From Anthoceros angustus (Eukaryota; Plantae; Anthocerotophyta), in assembly GCA_010909165.1 (NCBI GenBank), contig VJWM01000254.1:124001-188000 (forward strand): DNA of 64,000 nucleotides. Reading direction: 5' to 3'. This document shows positions 25,345-38,750 of the stretch, piece by piece (positions within the stretch are counted from its first letter, which is position 1; each line of letters opens with the position of its first letter). Under the pieces are notes generated by a model, which saw nothing but the letters and a program-made list of their open reading frames with translations, ran no database searches and was not told where the DNA came from. Made by a program: the position numbers and the translations under genes.

Positions 25345-28300
25345 TCACTCCTCCCCGACCTGCATCGCTTTCTCCATGTGGAATAAATGCGCATCACCAT
25401 CATCCTCCCCACCACGAGGGAGTGCAGGTTGAAGATGGGGACGGAGGGCACTTAACTTCTCTTGATAGCTTTTTATCCGCCGCAGATGATGTTTCCTAGA
25501 AGTGAGATTGAACCCATAGTACACAATGACCGCCTTATGTACAAACAACTTCAACGTTGGGTGGCTTCCATGCTTTTGCACCTTTGTTGGTAGGATGAAA
25601 TTGTCTACCTCCTCGTCCCCGGTATTCTCCGACATACTTGCCCTCGTAGGCATCGGTGCCTTCGCCACTGCTGCACCAGTATGGGTCATCGGGCCAGTGC
25701 ACACTCAACACCTTTGCAACCCGTAATGCCCTGTTGTGTGTCCCTCACAAGGTGACAATAAACATACCTTTTTAATCTCCATGATGTCACCATTCATGCG
25801 CTCGACCTCTTGCTCCCGCCTCCACACTGTAAGCACCAAGTACATGTCCTGCTGAGGCACGCCTCGCAATAAGGCTTCGCCCAAGATAGCCTCCTCGAAC
25901 TCGCAGCGGTACAAGTGCTGCCGCATCTATACCACTTCCACGGACTTTTCAACACAAGGCCAATGTTATTGTCCACTATAGTTGCAATCTCCTCTTGATC
26001 CTTCCAAGTCATTCCACCACCTCCTCCTCCGCTGGTTAACATATGTGGAAAGTTTCAAACCCTTCCTTAAGTGCTCTACTCCTTCCCGCAAAGTGAGCTT
26101 CCATCACGCTTTCTTGTCCTTGGCCTCAGAGCTAGCAGGTTGTGGGTCCTATCTCAAAGATTTGGAATAAAAGACAAGAACTCCAGCCCATCTTCCTGCT
26201 TCCCATAACGGTGAGGTCGAGTACATCTTACAACGTAACTTTACCCCCGCCGCTTTTCCTCCCGTGATTTTGAATTGGTGTTGGAATGATAGATTGTTCA
26301 CCATAACAGCCTTTTAAACTTCCGAGCTGCCTGCTTTCAACGGCCGACGAAGAACGGAAGTCCGGAACCTCGGTCAGACCTTCACTGGTTTGGCGTGAAC
26401 GCCTTGGTCAATATATCCGCATAACGGAAGAGTTTTGGCCTCTTTGTGCTTCAAATGCTTGGAGAAACACGAGAACATTTGGTCAACTGGTCATGTGTGT
26501 GACCGACAAGAAGGAACCCCACCTTCACTTTCTCAAATGTCCCCATCTCCACGAGCATATTCGGATAAGCAAACAAAGAGCTTGATTCTTGTTCTCCGAC
26601 ATGTGTTGTCCAGCTTGCAAATATAGAACCTTGGGAAGTAAGCCAACATATGTGTATCACATCTTGTATAATGCATATGGTTAAATTAGCATCATCAAAT
26701 TTATGAGTGACACGCCTGCCGTGAACGTGTGATTGTGAATCATACACCCCACCACATGGACGGTAACACGGCTATCTTCCTTTAGCTCCTTAGGCCATCT
26801 AAGTATATGCGGTAAAGATGTTTTTTCTCGATCCATACCATCGATACATAACAACATGTACTTGTGAGGCTCGGTGTATCCTTTCGCTCGATGTTTTGTC
26901 AACTTCTTCCGCTCCTCCATAAGCTTTATGCGATGTTTGTTCAATGCCTCCGATATATATCCGCCATACAACCAAATGTCATGTCGTTGTCCATGAAATA
27001 TATACCATCATTCACACGACCCTCCCCACTAACGCCTCATTTCAAATGCAATAAGGGTCGACGCCATTATAAGTCCGGGGTCTAGGTTTTGTCCACCGAG
27101 GGGCAAGGGCATCGACCCAACTCGAGAGGTCAACCCCTAAACCGAACCTAGGGTTCCGGGTTATCCCAGGCATATTGAGGCCCTCAATGGTCCTCAACGC
27201 TAGGGCGCCGAACGCTACGAAATGTCAAGGCGAAGTGTCCGGGCCACGCTCATTCGCCTTCAACTCATGGCTGCAGGCCGCCAACCCCTTTCCCTGCTTC
27301 CTCCTCCCCTTTCCCATCCCCTTCCACCCTTCCACCAAGGGCGCCGCATGCCGCGCTCTCCCCTCCTCGGTCGACCAAGTATTCTCCGACATACTTGCCC
27401 TCATGTCGGTTGCGCCACCTGCACCAAGTATGGGTCATCCACACCACCTTTGCAACCCGTAATGCCCTGTGTGTCCCTCACAAGGTGACAATAAACATAC
27501 CTTTTTAATCTCCGATGTCACCATTCATTCTCGACCTCTTGCTCCGTCTCTCCACACTCTGGTAAGCACCCAAGTACATGTCCGTTGAGGCACGTCTCGC
27601 AATAAGGCTTCGTCCAAGATAGCCTCCTCGGAACTGCGGTGGTACAAGTGCCTGCTGCGGATCTATCATACCACTTCCACGGACTTTTCAACACAAGGCC
27701 AATGCTATTGTCCACTATAGTTGCAATCTCCTCTTGATCCTTCCAAGTCATTCCACCACTCCTCCTCTGCGTTAACATATGTGGAAAGTTTGCAAACCCT
27801 TCCTTAAGTGCTCTACTCCTTCCCGCAAAGTGAGCTTTCCATCCTTTCTTGTCCTTGGCAGTAGAGCTAGCAGGTTGTGGGTCCTATCTCTACATTTGGA
27901 ATAAAAGACAAGAACTCCAGCCCATCTTACATTTCCCATAACGGTGAGGTCAGTCTTGTTTACTCGGATAACGGTAACTTTACCCCTGCAGTTTTCCTCC
28001 GCGTGATTTTGAATTGGTGTTGGAATGATAGATTGTTGACTTAACACTTTAAACTTCCGAGCCCACTGCTTTCAACGGCCGACGAAAGAACGGAAGTCCG
28101 GAACCTCGGTCGGGACCTTCACTTACGGGTTTGGCGTGAGCCTTGGTCAATATATCCCATAAGGAAGAGTTTTGGCCTCTTTGTGCTTCAAATGCTTGGA
28201 GAAACAAGAGAACATTTGGTCAACTGGTCATGTGTGGCCAAGAAGGAACCCCACCTTCACTTTCTCAAATGTCCCCATCTCCACGAGCATATTCGGATAA

Positions 28301-31300
28301 GCAAGCGCTTGATTCTTGTTCTCCGACATGTGTTGTCCAGTTGCAAATATAGAACCTTGGGAAGTAAGCCAACATACGTATGTATCACATCTTATAATGC
28401 ATATGGTTAAATTAGCATCGTTCAAATTTGCGTAGTGCGAGATCTTGTGAGCGTGTGATTGTGAATCATACACCCCACCACATGGACGGTAACACGGCTA
28501 TCTTCCTTTAGCTCCTTAGGCCATCTAAGTATATGCGGTAAAGATGTTTTTTCTCGATCCATACCATCGATACATAACAACATGTACTTGTGAGGCTCGG
28601 TGTATCCTTTCGCTCGATGTTTTGTCAACTTCTTCCGCTCCTCCATAAGCTTTATGCGATGTTTGTTCAATGCCTCCGATATATATCCGCCATACAACCA
28701 AATGTCATGTCGTTGTCCATGAAATATATACCATCATTCACGACCGACCTCCCCACTAACGCCTCATTTCAAATGCAATAAGGGTCGACGCCATTATAAG
28801 TCCGGGGTCTAGGTTTTGTCCACCGAGGGGCAAGGGCATCGACCCTAACCGCCTCGAGAGGTCAACCCCTAAACCGAACCTAGGGTTCCGGGTTATCCCA
28901 GGCATATTGAGGCCCTCAATGGTCCTCAACGCTAGGGCGCCGAACGCTACGAAATGTCAAGGCGAAGTGTCCGGGCCACGCTCATTCGCCTTCAACTCAT
29001 GGCTGCAGGCCGCCAACCCCTTTCCCTGCTTCCTCCTCCCCTTTCCCATCCCCTTCCACCCTTCCACCAAGGGCGCCGCATGCCGCGCCTCATCTCCCCT
29101 CCCCGAGGGCGCCGCATGCCGCGCCCCGCCCACCAAGGGCGCCGGCGCCTCATCTCCTGCGGCCCCGCATGCCGCCTCCTCCCCGAGGGCGCATGCCCTC
29201 CTCATCTCCCCTCCCGGCGGCAGCATCGGCCCCGCCTCCTCCTCTCCACTGCGCATTCTAGAGAACATGCCCCGCTTCCTCGACCAAGGGCCGACCGATC
29301 GTACCTCGACCAAGGGTCAACATCCACCATCACAACATACCACCGTGATCGATGGCCCACCGTGACGCCCAACCTTGCCCCTTTATACCATATCGGAAAA
29401 CGGTGTGGCGATATACCTTGATCCGTCACGATCCAAAGGTTCGGATGTTGAACTTTAGACCGCAAAGAGAACATTTGGTCAACTGGTCATGTGTGTGACC
29501 GACAAGAAGGAACCCCACCTTCACTTTCTCAAATGTCCCCATCTCCACGAGCATATTCGTATAAGCAAACAAAGTAGCTTGATTCTTGTTCTCCGACATG
29601 TGTTGTCCAGCTTGCAAATATAGAACCTTGGGAAGTAAGCCAAAGATACGTATGTATCACATCTTGTATAATGCATATGGTTAAATTAGCATCGTTCAAA
29701 TTTATGAGTGACACGCCTGACTTGAACGTGTGATTGTGAATCATACACCCCACCACATGGACGGTAACACGGCTATCTTCCTTTAGCTCCTTAGGCCATC
29801 TAAGTATATGCGGTAAAGATGTTTTTTCTCGATCCATACCATCGATACATAACATGTACTTGTGAGGCTCGGTGTATCCTTTCGCTCGATGTTTTGTCAA
29901 CTTCTTCCGCCTCCTCCATAAGCTTTATGCGATGTTTGTTCAATGCCTCCCCGATATATATCCGCCATACAACCAAATGTCATGTCGTCCATGAAATATA
30001 TACCATCATTCACGACCGACCTCCCCACTAACGCCTCATTTCAAATGCAGAAAGGGTCGACGCCATTATAAGTCCGGGGTCTAGGCGATTGTCCACCGAG
30101 GGGCAAGGGCATCGACAACCTCGAGAGGTCAACCTAAACGCGAACCTAGGGTTCCGCCAGTGGTCTATTGAGGCCCTCAATGGTCCTCAACGCTAGGCGA
30201 AACCCGGCCACGAAATGTCAAGGCGAAGTGTCCACCGCCATTCGCCTTCAATATGGGCGGCATGCGCCCAACCCCTTTCCCTGCTTCCTCCTCCCCTTTC
30301 CCATCCCCTTCCACCTTTTCACAAGGCGCATGCCGGCGCCTCATCTCCTCCCCGAGGGCGCATGCCGCGCCCCGCCTTTCACAAGGGCGCCGCATGCCGC
30401 GCCTCATCTCCCTTACCTCCCGCATGCCCGCCCCGCCTCCCCGAGGGCGCCGCATGCCGACGCCTCCTCATCTCCTCCCCGAGGGCGCATGCCGCCTCAC
30501 TCTCCTCCAAACTCGATTCTAGAGAACATGCCCCGCCTCGACCAAGGGCCGACCGATCGTACCTCGACCAAGGGTCAACATCCACCATCACAACATACCA
30601 CCGTCGTCATCGATGGCCCACCTCCGTGACGCCCAACCTTGCCCCTTTATACCATATATCGGAAAACGGCGCTGAGCATACCTTGATCTCGCGATCCAAA
30701 GGTTCGGATGTTGAACTTTAGACCGCAGAGAACATGTTGAAAATCGATTGATTTGGGTATCTTCACGCTTGAAGTTCGCCTCCCATAGTCTCGTAAAGTA
30801 CGCATACGAAATATACCGCAGCTTTTGCTCCATGCCACATTTGTATTGTGTCCACACTTCTAGTTTGGTGAAAGTGTCGAAGATTGTAGACTTCAACATT
30901 AGGCCCGCCCCGCCCCTCCCAGGGCGCCGCATGCCGACGCCTCCTCATCTCCCCTCCCGGCCGGGCGCCGGCATGCCGGCGCCTCACTCTCCCCTCTCCT
31001 CCACCCGATGGCGCATTCTAGAGAACATGCCCGCCTTCGACCAAGGGCCGACCGATCGTACCTCGACCAAGGGTCAACATCCACCATCACAACATACCAC
31101 CGTCGGATCGATGGCCCACCGTGACGCCCAACCTTTGCCCCTTTATACCATATCGGAAAAAATGTGGGGAGTCTGATGATCCGTCTGATCCGGATGTTGA
31201 ACTTTAGACCGCAAAGAGAACATGTTGAAAATCGATTGATTTGGGTATCTTCACGAAGTTCTCGCTCCCATAGTCTCGTAAAGCACGCTGCACGAAATAT

Positions 31301-31950
31301 ACGCCTTTTGCTCCATGCCACATTTGTATTGTGTCCACACTTCTAGTTTGGTGAAAGTGTCGAAGATTGTAGACTTCAACATTAGGCGCCGCCGCCAATT
31401 GCGTAAATGTTGCATCCATCCATGCTATAGCGCCTAATGCATGAGATGATTTCACCCGGCTTGGCTTGCTACCATCCCATGGTGAATTCAACAAGATCAC
31501 CCTTCACCTCCTCATACCTTTCCGACCCTATGCAATACACCCTTCAAGGATTTCGTGCAACACTTGATTGGAACCGGTTTCTGTGAAAGTACATGCACTG
31601 TCTTTGCCTTCGATCCATGGTCGGGCCTTACAAGGGTCTCTGGAATGTCTCCGCCTGACCTTCCCAACATAAGAAACCTTTGCCTCTCTTCTTGAAACCC
31701 TCCTCGAAAGTCGTTGAATACATAGTTTGTTGCAACACGGTTTCCGGAAATCTTGCGTAACCGTGTCCGCCTCTTCTTCAAGGAGACACCAGCTACGCAA
31801 ACGAAACCTGTCGCTCACCGCAATGTCTCCGACATTGGCTTCGATGATAGGACACCGCAGCGAGGAGGGAACGGGAGGATGGGGAACGTTGCCATCGCCA
31901 GCAATATCGCCCCCGATGCACCAAACACTCCACACGGAGGGGCAAAGAGA
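25345..31950 (-). pseudogene. DUF7869-like putative DDE transposase, frameshifted and internally triplicated (core copies ~26380-27060, ~28100-28800, ~29466-30060)
   Basis: Fragments in order: N-terminal CCNKLC (~31.7 kb), FTRLW...NRFSTCSLC, YMLLCIDGMDREKTSLPH, NDANLTICII, YLQLDNTCR(E)NKN (~28315-28350), FEKVKVGFLLVGHTHD, then a C-terminal region with EGKYVGEY and VIVYYGFNLTSRKH ending at 25345. Confidence 0.7.
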
Positions 31951-32949
31951 CCTCGCATGGCACGCTCATTTCGACGGGCGGGCGACATCGCTCGCCTCTC
32001 GGGCTAAGTTCCATAGCCGCATACAAGTTCAAGTTCCGGCGTCGGTGGCACATAGGGGGGCACGAATGGTTATGAGTCCTTCGCCATCCCGAGCTCGCAT
32101 ACGATTTTCACGAGAACAAGGTGAAGCATCGTCATCCACAACGACGATTACCACTCATCGCCATCCGCTTGCCTCGGGAATTTCCAGCTTGTCTACATAA
32201 GCTTGTGTTCTCACACACAGTTGTCCACAAAGAGCATTCAAAACTCGGTCCCTCATCAAAGCAAAGTTCGCGCTTTGGCCAAATAGATCAATGCTCCTTT
32301 CACCGCATGTAGGTCTCTTTGTGAGGGCAAGACTGATGCCAACAAGTTCCCGCCATCCGCAGAGTCAAGCCGCATGACACCCACTATGAACAACGCCCAC
32401 GAGACAAGGGACTCGAACGTGAGGCGACGCTTTATGAAAATTACCGTGTCCTCATCGGTATGGGTGGAGTGGAGCATGGGAAGAGACGCGCCGGTGAACG
32501 CGATCCCAAAGACCGTGAACAAGGAGGAATACACAAGCCTCGGCACAATCATATTAGACATAGCGAACTATCGCGGATGCCTCGGAGTGGCATCTTCCAA
32601 AGACCGCGGAGAAGATTTATCAAGCGGATCCGACGCCGCTATTCACAAGCGTCATAAAGTTGCGGCTTTTGCCGTTAGGGATCGGAAGGCTTTAATGTAT
32701 GTAAGTGCAACACGTGGAAAACATGGGCACCGTGAAATAAAATCGTGGCAAAGATAGCTGCCACACCAAATAAGGGTAAGTGGAAAAACAAACACCACAA
32801 CGGTGGCGACATCACCGCTTTAACCCTTGCCCCGATTTTTAAGCGCTTCCTTCCGTAATGGAGCGCCCATCACGCTCACCGGCACCGAGTTGCGCCCACC
32901 GCAAACCAAGGAAGGCCTCGAATTGCGCCTCCAAGCCGCCAGGTGAGGG

Positions 32950-35900
32950 AGGCCGGCCGTGCGCCATTCGTGACCGCAGGAGGTGCGCCACGCCTCCTTT
33001 TGCTGCTTGAGGAGATTTGGTGTCTCACCGTGCATCCGTTGCTTGTGCGTGGCAATGGCAAGTGGGCGCAAAGAAGGAATTGGCGGTGATGGAGAAGAAA
33101 CCCGCCGCATGTGGAGAAACCAAGCCAAGAGACCAAAGGGAAGAAGGCGATCACACCCGCAAAGACCGCCATGGAGTGGATGCACACCTTCGAGCCGACC
33201 GGTCTTCCAATTCTAAGGCGCCACTTGAAGGCGAACTGGCACGCGTTGAGGGGCGACGGCCCGAACTCGGATCCGGATCGGCAAGGTGAGCACAACGAAG
33301 GGAGCAGGTGAGGGAAATCGTGGATGGCAAACTCACGTAAGATACCGCCGCAAATTCTAATCCTCACCTTTTACGCTTGAGGAGACTGCTCAATTGCGCA
33401 GACACTAACCGATTGATGAGACAATTGTCCGAGAAGGACGGCTTTTGACACAGAGTGAACTGAAAGACACAATGTGGTGTGGACACCAATGTTGAAATTA
33501 TGGATTTATGGCCACAACGGTGCTTTGCCGAATCGAGAGCTGTATGATTTGTGGTATGGGCAACTTTGATAGAAGCGGAAGGAGATCCGGATATTCAGGT
33601 CTTGGTGACTTCGAAGCCTTATGGGTTTGAAGCTTTGCCACGAGTCAAGATTACAGTGTTCGTGTTGAGCATAGCAGTTTGGTTAGCAAAAGTGTGAGCC
33701 ACGTGAATTGTCTCTCAAATTCGGAAGCTCTTCGACACGGGATTGTAAGTGTGTCTTTGGTCATTGATTTTGAAGTTTTGGAACATCTTTGCATCCACTT
33801 AACCACTTTTGGAACTTCTAACTCGTAATGCAAGGAATTTTTATCGATGCTTGTGTGAAGTGATAACAACTTCTATCATCAATCACCGTCGCGAGATGTT
33901 CTTTAGAAGGACCAGGGCTGGGCTGTCTGATTATGAATTGGAAGGAGATGAGGACGAGGCCGAGTATGGACCCTCGGATGAAGAGGATGGCCCTATACCG
34001 GAGCTGCTTGGCCAAACAGATGACGAACTGTCGGAGGAGGATGGTGATAACAACTTCTATCATCAATCACCGCGAGATGTCCTTTAGAAGGACCAGGTCT
34101 GTCGATTATGAATTGGAAGGAGATGAGGACGAGGCCGAGTATGGACCCTCGATGAAGAGGATGGCCCTATCGAGTTGCCAAACAGATGACGAATGTTGGA
34201 GGAGGATGGTGATAATGGGGTGAGGAGGATGATTGCGATTTCCATGCCGGGTGCCAACGGTGCCTTACAATCCGGTGAAGACATGGGTCGCAGCATGGAA
34301 TTGCCCGCGGGAGAACACGGGTTGGGCACCCCTCACAGTGGTTTATATCGGTATGAAGGCATGGGAGGAGAAGGGCGCCGATGCCGCCCTTCCTGACCCG
34401 CGCAGAAGGCGGCATCCCAAAGACTATGGGGGTGGGGCAGGCACCAGAGTCGTGGAACGGAAGAGGGCGCCGCATGCCGCGCCCGCTGGCCCCGGGAGGG
34501 GGCGCATGCCGCCCTTCCGTGCCTTTGATGGAGGCGGCGCCGCATGCCGGCGCCCGACCGGCCTTGGGATGAGAGGGAGGCGCCGCCGCCTCCCCGCCTT
34601 GGGATGAGAGGGAGGGCGCCATGCCGCGCCCTGTGCCATGGGAAGCAGAGGTGGCGCCGCATGCCGCGCCTCCCGTGCCATGGGAGAGGGAGGCGCCGCA
34701 TGCCGGCGCCTCCTCACGGGAGAGGCGCGCATGCCGCCCCGCCGTGAACCCAAGATGGTGGAGGCGATCGGAGTAGTGGAAGCGCAAGCGGAGTTCGACA
34801 TAGCTGGTTTGGGGGAGGTCAACAAATGTGGAGGCAAGAGAATTTGAGAAGGAAGAAAGGCAAGCGCAGCAGAGCGCCGATACGATATTCACTATGCATG
34901 TTGCATCGATGGGGAGAGGCCGGAGGCCATTGCGCGCCATTCGTGATCGCGGGGCCACGCCTAACCTGCTGCGGCTTGAGGAGATTTGGTGTCTCACCGT
35001 GTAATCCGCTTTGCAGGCTGTGCAATGGCAAGTGGGCGGCAAAGAAGAAGGAATTGGCGGAGTGGAGAAGAAACCCGCCGCATGTGGAGAAACCAAGCCA
35101 AGAGACCAAGGAAGAAGGCGATCACACCCGCAAAGACCGGCGGAGATGTGGATGCACACCAAAGTTCGAGCCGACCGGTCTTCCAATTCGCTTGAAGGCG
35201 AACAGGCACGATGTTGAGGGGCGCATGCCGCGCCCGAACTCGGATCCCGGGATCTCAAGGTGAGCACAACGAAGGGAGCAGGTGAGGGAAATGGATGGCA
35301 AACTCACGTAAGACAAAGCCGAAATTCTAATCCTTCACCTTTTACGCTTGAGGAGACTGCTCAATTGCGCAGACACACTAACCATTGATGAGACAATTGT
35401 CCGAGAAGGACCGGCTAGTGCGTAACTGAAGAAGACAATGTGGTGTGGACACCAATGTTGAAATTATGGATTTATGGCCACAATGGTGCTTTGCCGAATC
35501 GAGAGCTGGATTGTGGTATGGGCAACTTTGAAGCGGAAGGAGATCCGGATATTCGGTCTTGGTGACTTCAAAGCCTTATGGGTTTGAAGCTTTGCTGTCG
35601 GACTACGGTGTCTGTGTTAGTGCTTGGTTAGCAAAAGTGTGAGCCACGTGAATTGTCTCAAATTCGGAAGCTCTTCGGATTGTAAGTGTGTCTTTGGTCA
35701 TTGATTTTGAAGTTTTGGAACATCATTGCATCCACTTAACACTTTTGGAACTTCTAACGCGTAATGCAAGGAATTTTTATCGATGCTTATGTGAGGTGAT
35801 TACAAGTATCATCAATCACCGTCGGAGATGTCTTTAGAAGGACCGTGGTCCTGACTATGAATTGGAAGGAGATGAGGAGGCGAGTATGGACCCTCGGATG

Positions 35901-38750
35901 AAGAGGATGGCCCTATACCGGAGTTGCTTGGCCAAACAGATGATTTAAGGAGGAGGATGGTGATAATGGGGTGAGGAGGATGATTGCGATTTCTCCATGC
36001 GGTGCCAACGGTGCCTTACAATCCGTGAAGACATGGGTCGCACAGAATTGCGTGGGAGAACATGGAGTTGGGCACCCCACCGGGTTTATATCGGTATGAA
36101 GGCATGGGAGAGAGGAAGGCGCCGGCATGCGGCGCCTTCTTCGGACCTCCGCGCAGAAGGCGGCATCCCAAAGACTATGGGGGTGCGCAGCACCTGTGAG
36201 CCGTGGAACGGAAGAGGGCGCTGCATGCCGGCGCCCGCCGCCCCATGGAGGGAGGCGCGCATGCCGCGCCTTCCGTGCCTTTGATGGAGGCGCGCCGCAT
36301 GCCGCGCCCGACCGGCCTGGAGGAGGGCGCATGCCGCGCCTCGCCCTGTGGATGAGGAGGGCGCGCATGCCGGCGCCCTGCCATGGGGAAGAGAGGCGGG
36401 CGCCCATGCCGCGCCTCCCCGCCATGGGAGGAGAGGAAGGCGCCGCATGCCGCGCCTCTGGGAGGAGGGCGCGCATGCCGCCCGTGATCGATGGTGGAGG
36501 CGATCGGAGTAGTGGAAGCGCAAGCGGAGTTCGACAATGCAGCTTGGTATGGGGGAGGTCGCCAACAAATGTGGCCGAAAGAGATTTGAGAAGGAAGAAA
36601 GGCAAGCGCAGCAGAGCGCCGATACGATATTCACTATGCATGTTGCATCGATGGGGAGAGGCTGGAGGCCTCCATCCGTGATGAAGATTATTTGCGAATA
36701 TCGAGAGCGCACGAAGAAAGTGGTTCCAAATGCTTCCGAAATTAGAGAATTTAAGGCCTGCATCCTTTCTTTCTCCGATGCATGATTCGGATTGTGGATG
36801 AAGGCATGGACCAACTACAGCTCGAGTTATTTCAAAGGTAGAGTGGAGGCCATTGCGCGCCATTCGTGATCGCGGGGCCACGCCTAACCTGCTGCGGCTT
36901 GAGGAGATTTGGTGTCTCACCGTGTAATCCGCTTTGCAGGCTGTGCAATGGCAAGTGGGCGGCAAAGAAGAAGGAATTGGCGGAGTGGAGAAGAAACCCG
37001 CCGCATGTGGAGAAACCAAGCCAAGAGACCAAGGAAGAAGACACCCGCAAAGACCGGCGGAGATGTGGATGCACACCAAAGTTCGAGCCGACCGGTCTTC
37101 CAATTCGCTTGAAGGCGAACAGGCACGATGTTGAGGGGCGCATGCCGCGCCCGAACTCGGATCCCGGGATCTCAAGGTGAGCACAACGAAGGGAGCAGGT
37201 GAGGGAAATGGATGGCAAACTCACGTAAGACAAAGCCGAAATTCTAATCCTTCACCTTTTACGCTTGAGGAGACTGCTCAATTGCGCAGACACACTAACC
37301 ATTGATGAGACAATTGTCCGAGAAGGACCGGCTAGTGCGTAACCGATGAAGACAATGTGGTGTGGACACCAATGTTGAAATTATGGATTTATGGCCACAA
37401 TGGTGCTTTGCCGAATCGAGAGCTGGATTGTGGTATGGGCAACTTTGAAGCGGAAGGAGATCCGGATATTCGGTCTTGGTGACTTCAAAGCCTTATGGGT
37501 TTGAAGCTTTGCTGTCGGACTACGGTGTCTGTGTTAGTGCTTGGTTAGCAAAAGTGTGAGCCACGTGAATTGTCTCAAATTCGGAAGCTCTTCGGATTGT
37601 AAGTGTGTCTTTGGTCATTGATTTTGAAGTTTTGGAACATCATTGCATCCACTTAACACTTTTGGAACTTCTAACGCGTAATGCAAGGAATTTTTATCGA
37701 TGCTTATGTGAGGTGATTACAAGTATCATCAATCACCGTCGGAGATGTCTTTAGAAGGACCGTGGTCCTGACTATGAATTGGAAGGAGATGAGGAGGCGA
37801 GTATGGACCCTCGGATGAAGAGGATGGCCCTATACCGGAGTTGCTTGGCCAAACAGATGATTTAAGGAGGAGGATGGTGATAATGGGGTGAGGAGGATGA
37901 TTGCGATTTCTCCATGCGGTGCCAACGGTGCCTTACAATCCGTGAAGACATGGGTCGCACAGAATTGCGTGGGAGAACATGGAGTTGGGCACCCCACCGG
38001 GTTTATATCGGTATGAAGGCATGGGAGAGAGGAAGGCGCCGGCATGCGGCGCCTTCTTCGGACCTCCGCGCAGAAGGCGGCATCCCAAAGACTATGGGGG
38101 TGCGCAGCACCTGTGAGCCGTGGAACGGAAGAGGGCGCTGCATGCCGGCGCCCGCCGCCCCATGGAGGGAGGCGCGCATGCCGCGCCTTCCGTGCCTTTG
38201 ATGGAGGCGCGCCGCATGCCGCGCCCGACCGGCCTGGAGGAGGGCGCATGCCGCGCCTCGCCCTGTGGATGGGGAGGGCGCGCATGCCGGCGCCCTGCCA
38301 TGGGGAAGAGAGGCGGGCGCCCATGCCGCGCCTCCCCGCCATGGGAGGAGAGGAAGGCGCCGCATGCCGCGCCTCTGGGAGGAGGGCGCGCATGCCGCCC
38401 GTGATCGATGGTGGAGGCGATCGGAGTAGTGGAGTAAGCGGAGTTCGACAATGCAGCTTGGTATGGGGGAGGTCGCCAACAAATGTGGCCGAAAGAGATT
38501 TGAGAAGGAAGAAAGGCAAGCGCAGCAGAGCGCCGATACGATATTCACTATGCATGTTGCATCGATGGGGAGAGGCTGGAGGCCTCCATCCGTGATGAAG
38601 ATTATTTGCGAATATCGTAGAGTTCGCCAAGAAAGTGGTTAAAAGCTTCTCAAATTAGAGAATTTAAGGCCCGTGATCCTTTCTTACTCCGATGCATGAT
38701 TGGATTGTGGATGAGGCATGGACCAACCACCGCTCGAGTTATTTCGAAAG
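32950..38750. repeat. Tandem ~1.92 kb repeat x3 (~32950-34920 diverged; ~34921-36843 and ~36844-38750 near-identical)
   Basis: Near-identical ORFs recur 1917 bp apart (ORF ends 35267/37184 and starts 35913/37830). Each unit has an acidic DYELEGDE...EYGPSDEEDG segment and a GCATGC-palindrome array. Confidence 0.9.

Noticed and set aside
27130-27160. Telomere-like CCCTAAA motif (also ~28865)
   Set aside because: Single units, not tandem arrays; part of a duplicated element segment.
34167-38630. Long minus-strand ORFs (366, 423, 266 aa)
   Set aside because: Translations of GC-rich palindrome arrays within the tandem repeat; no domain signal.
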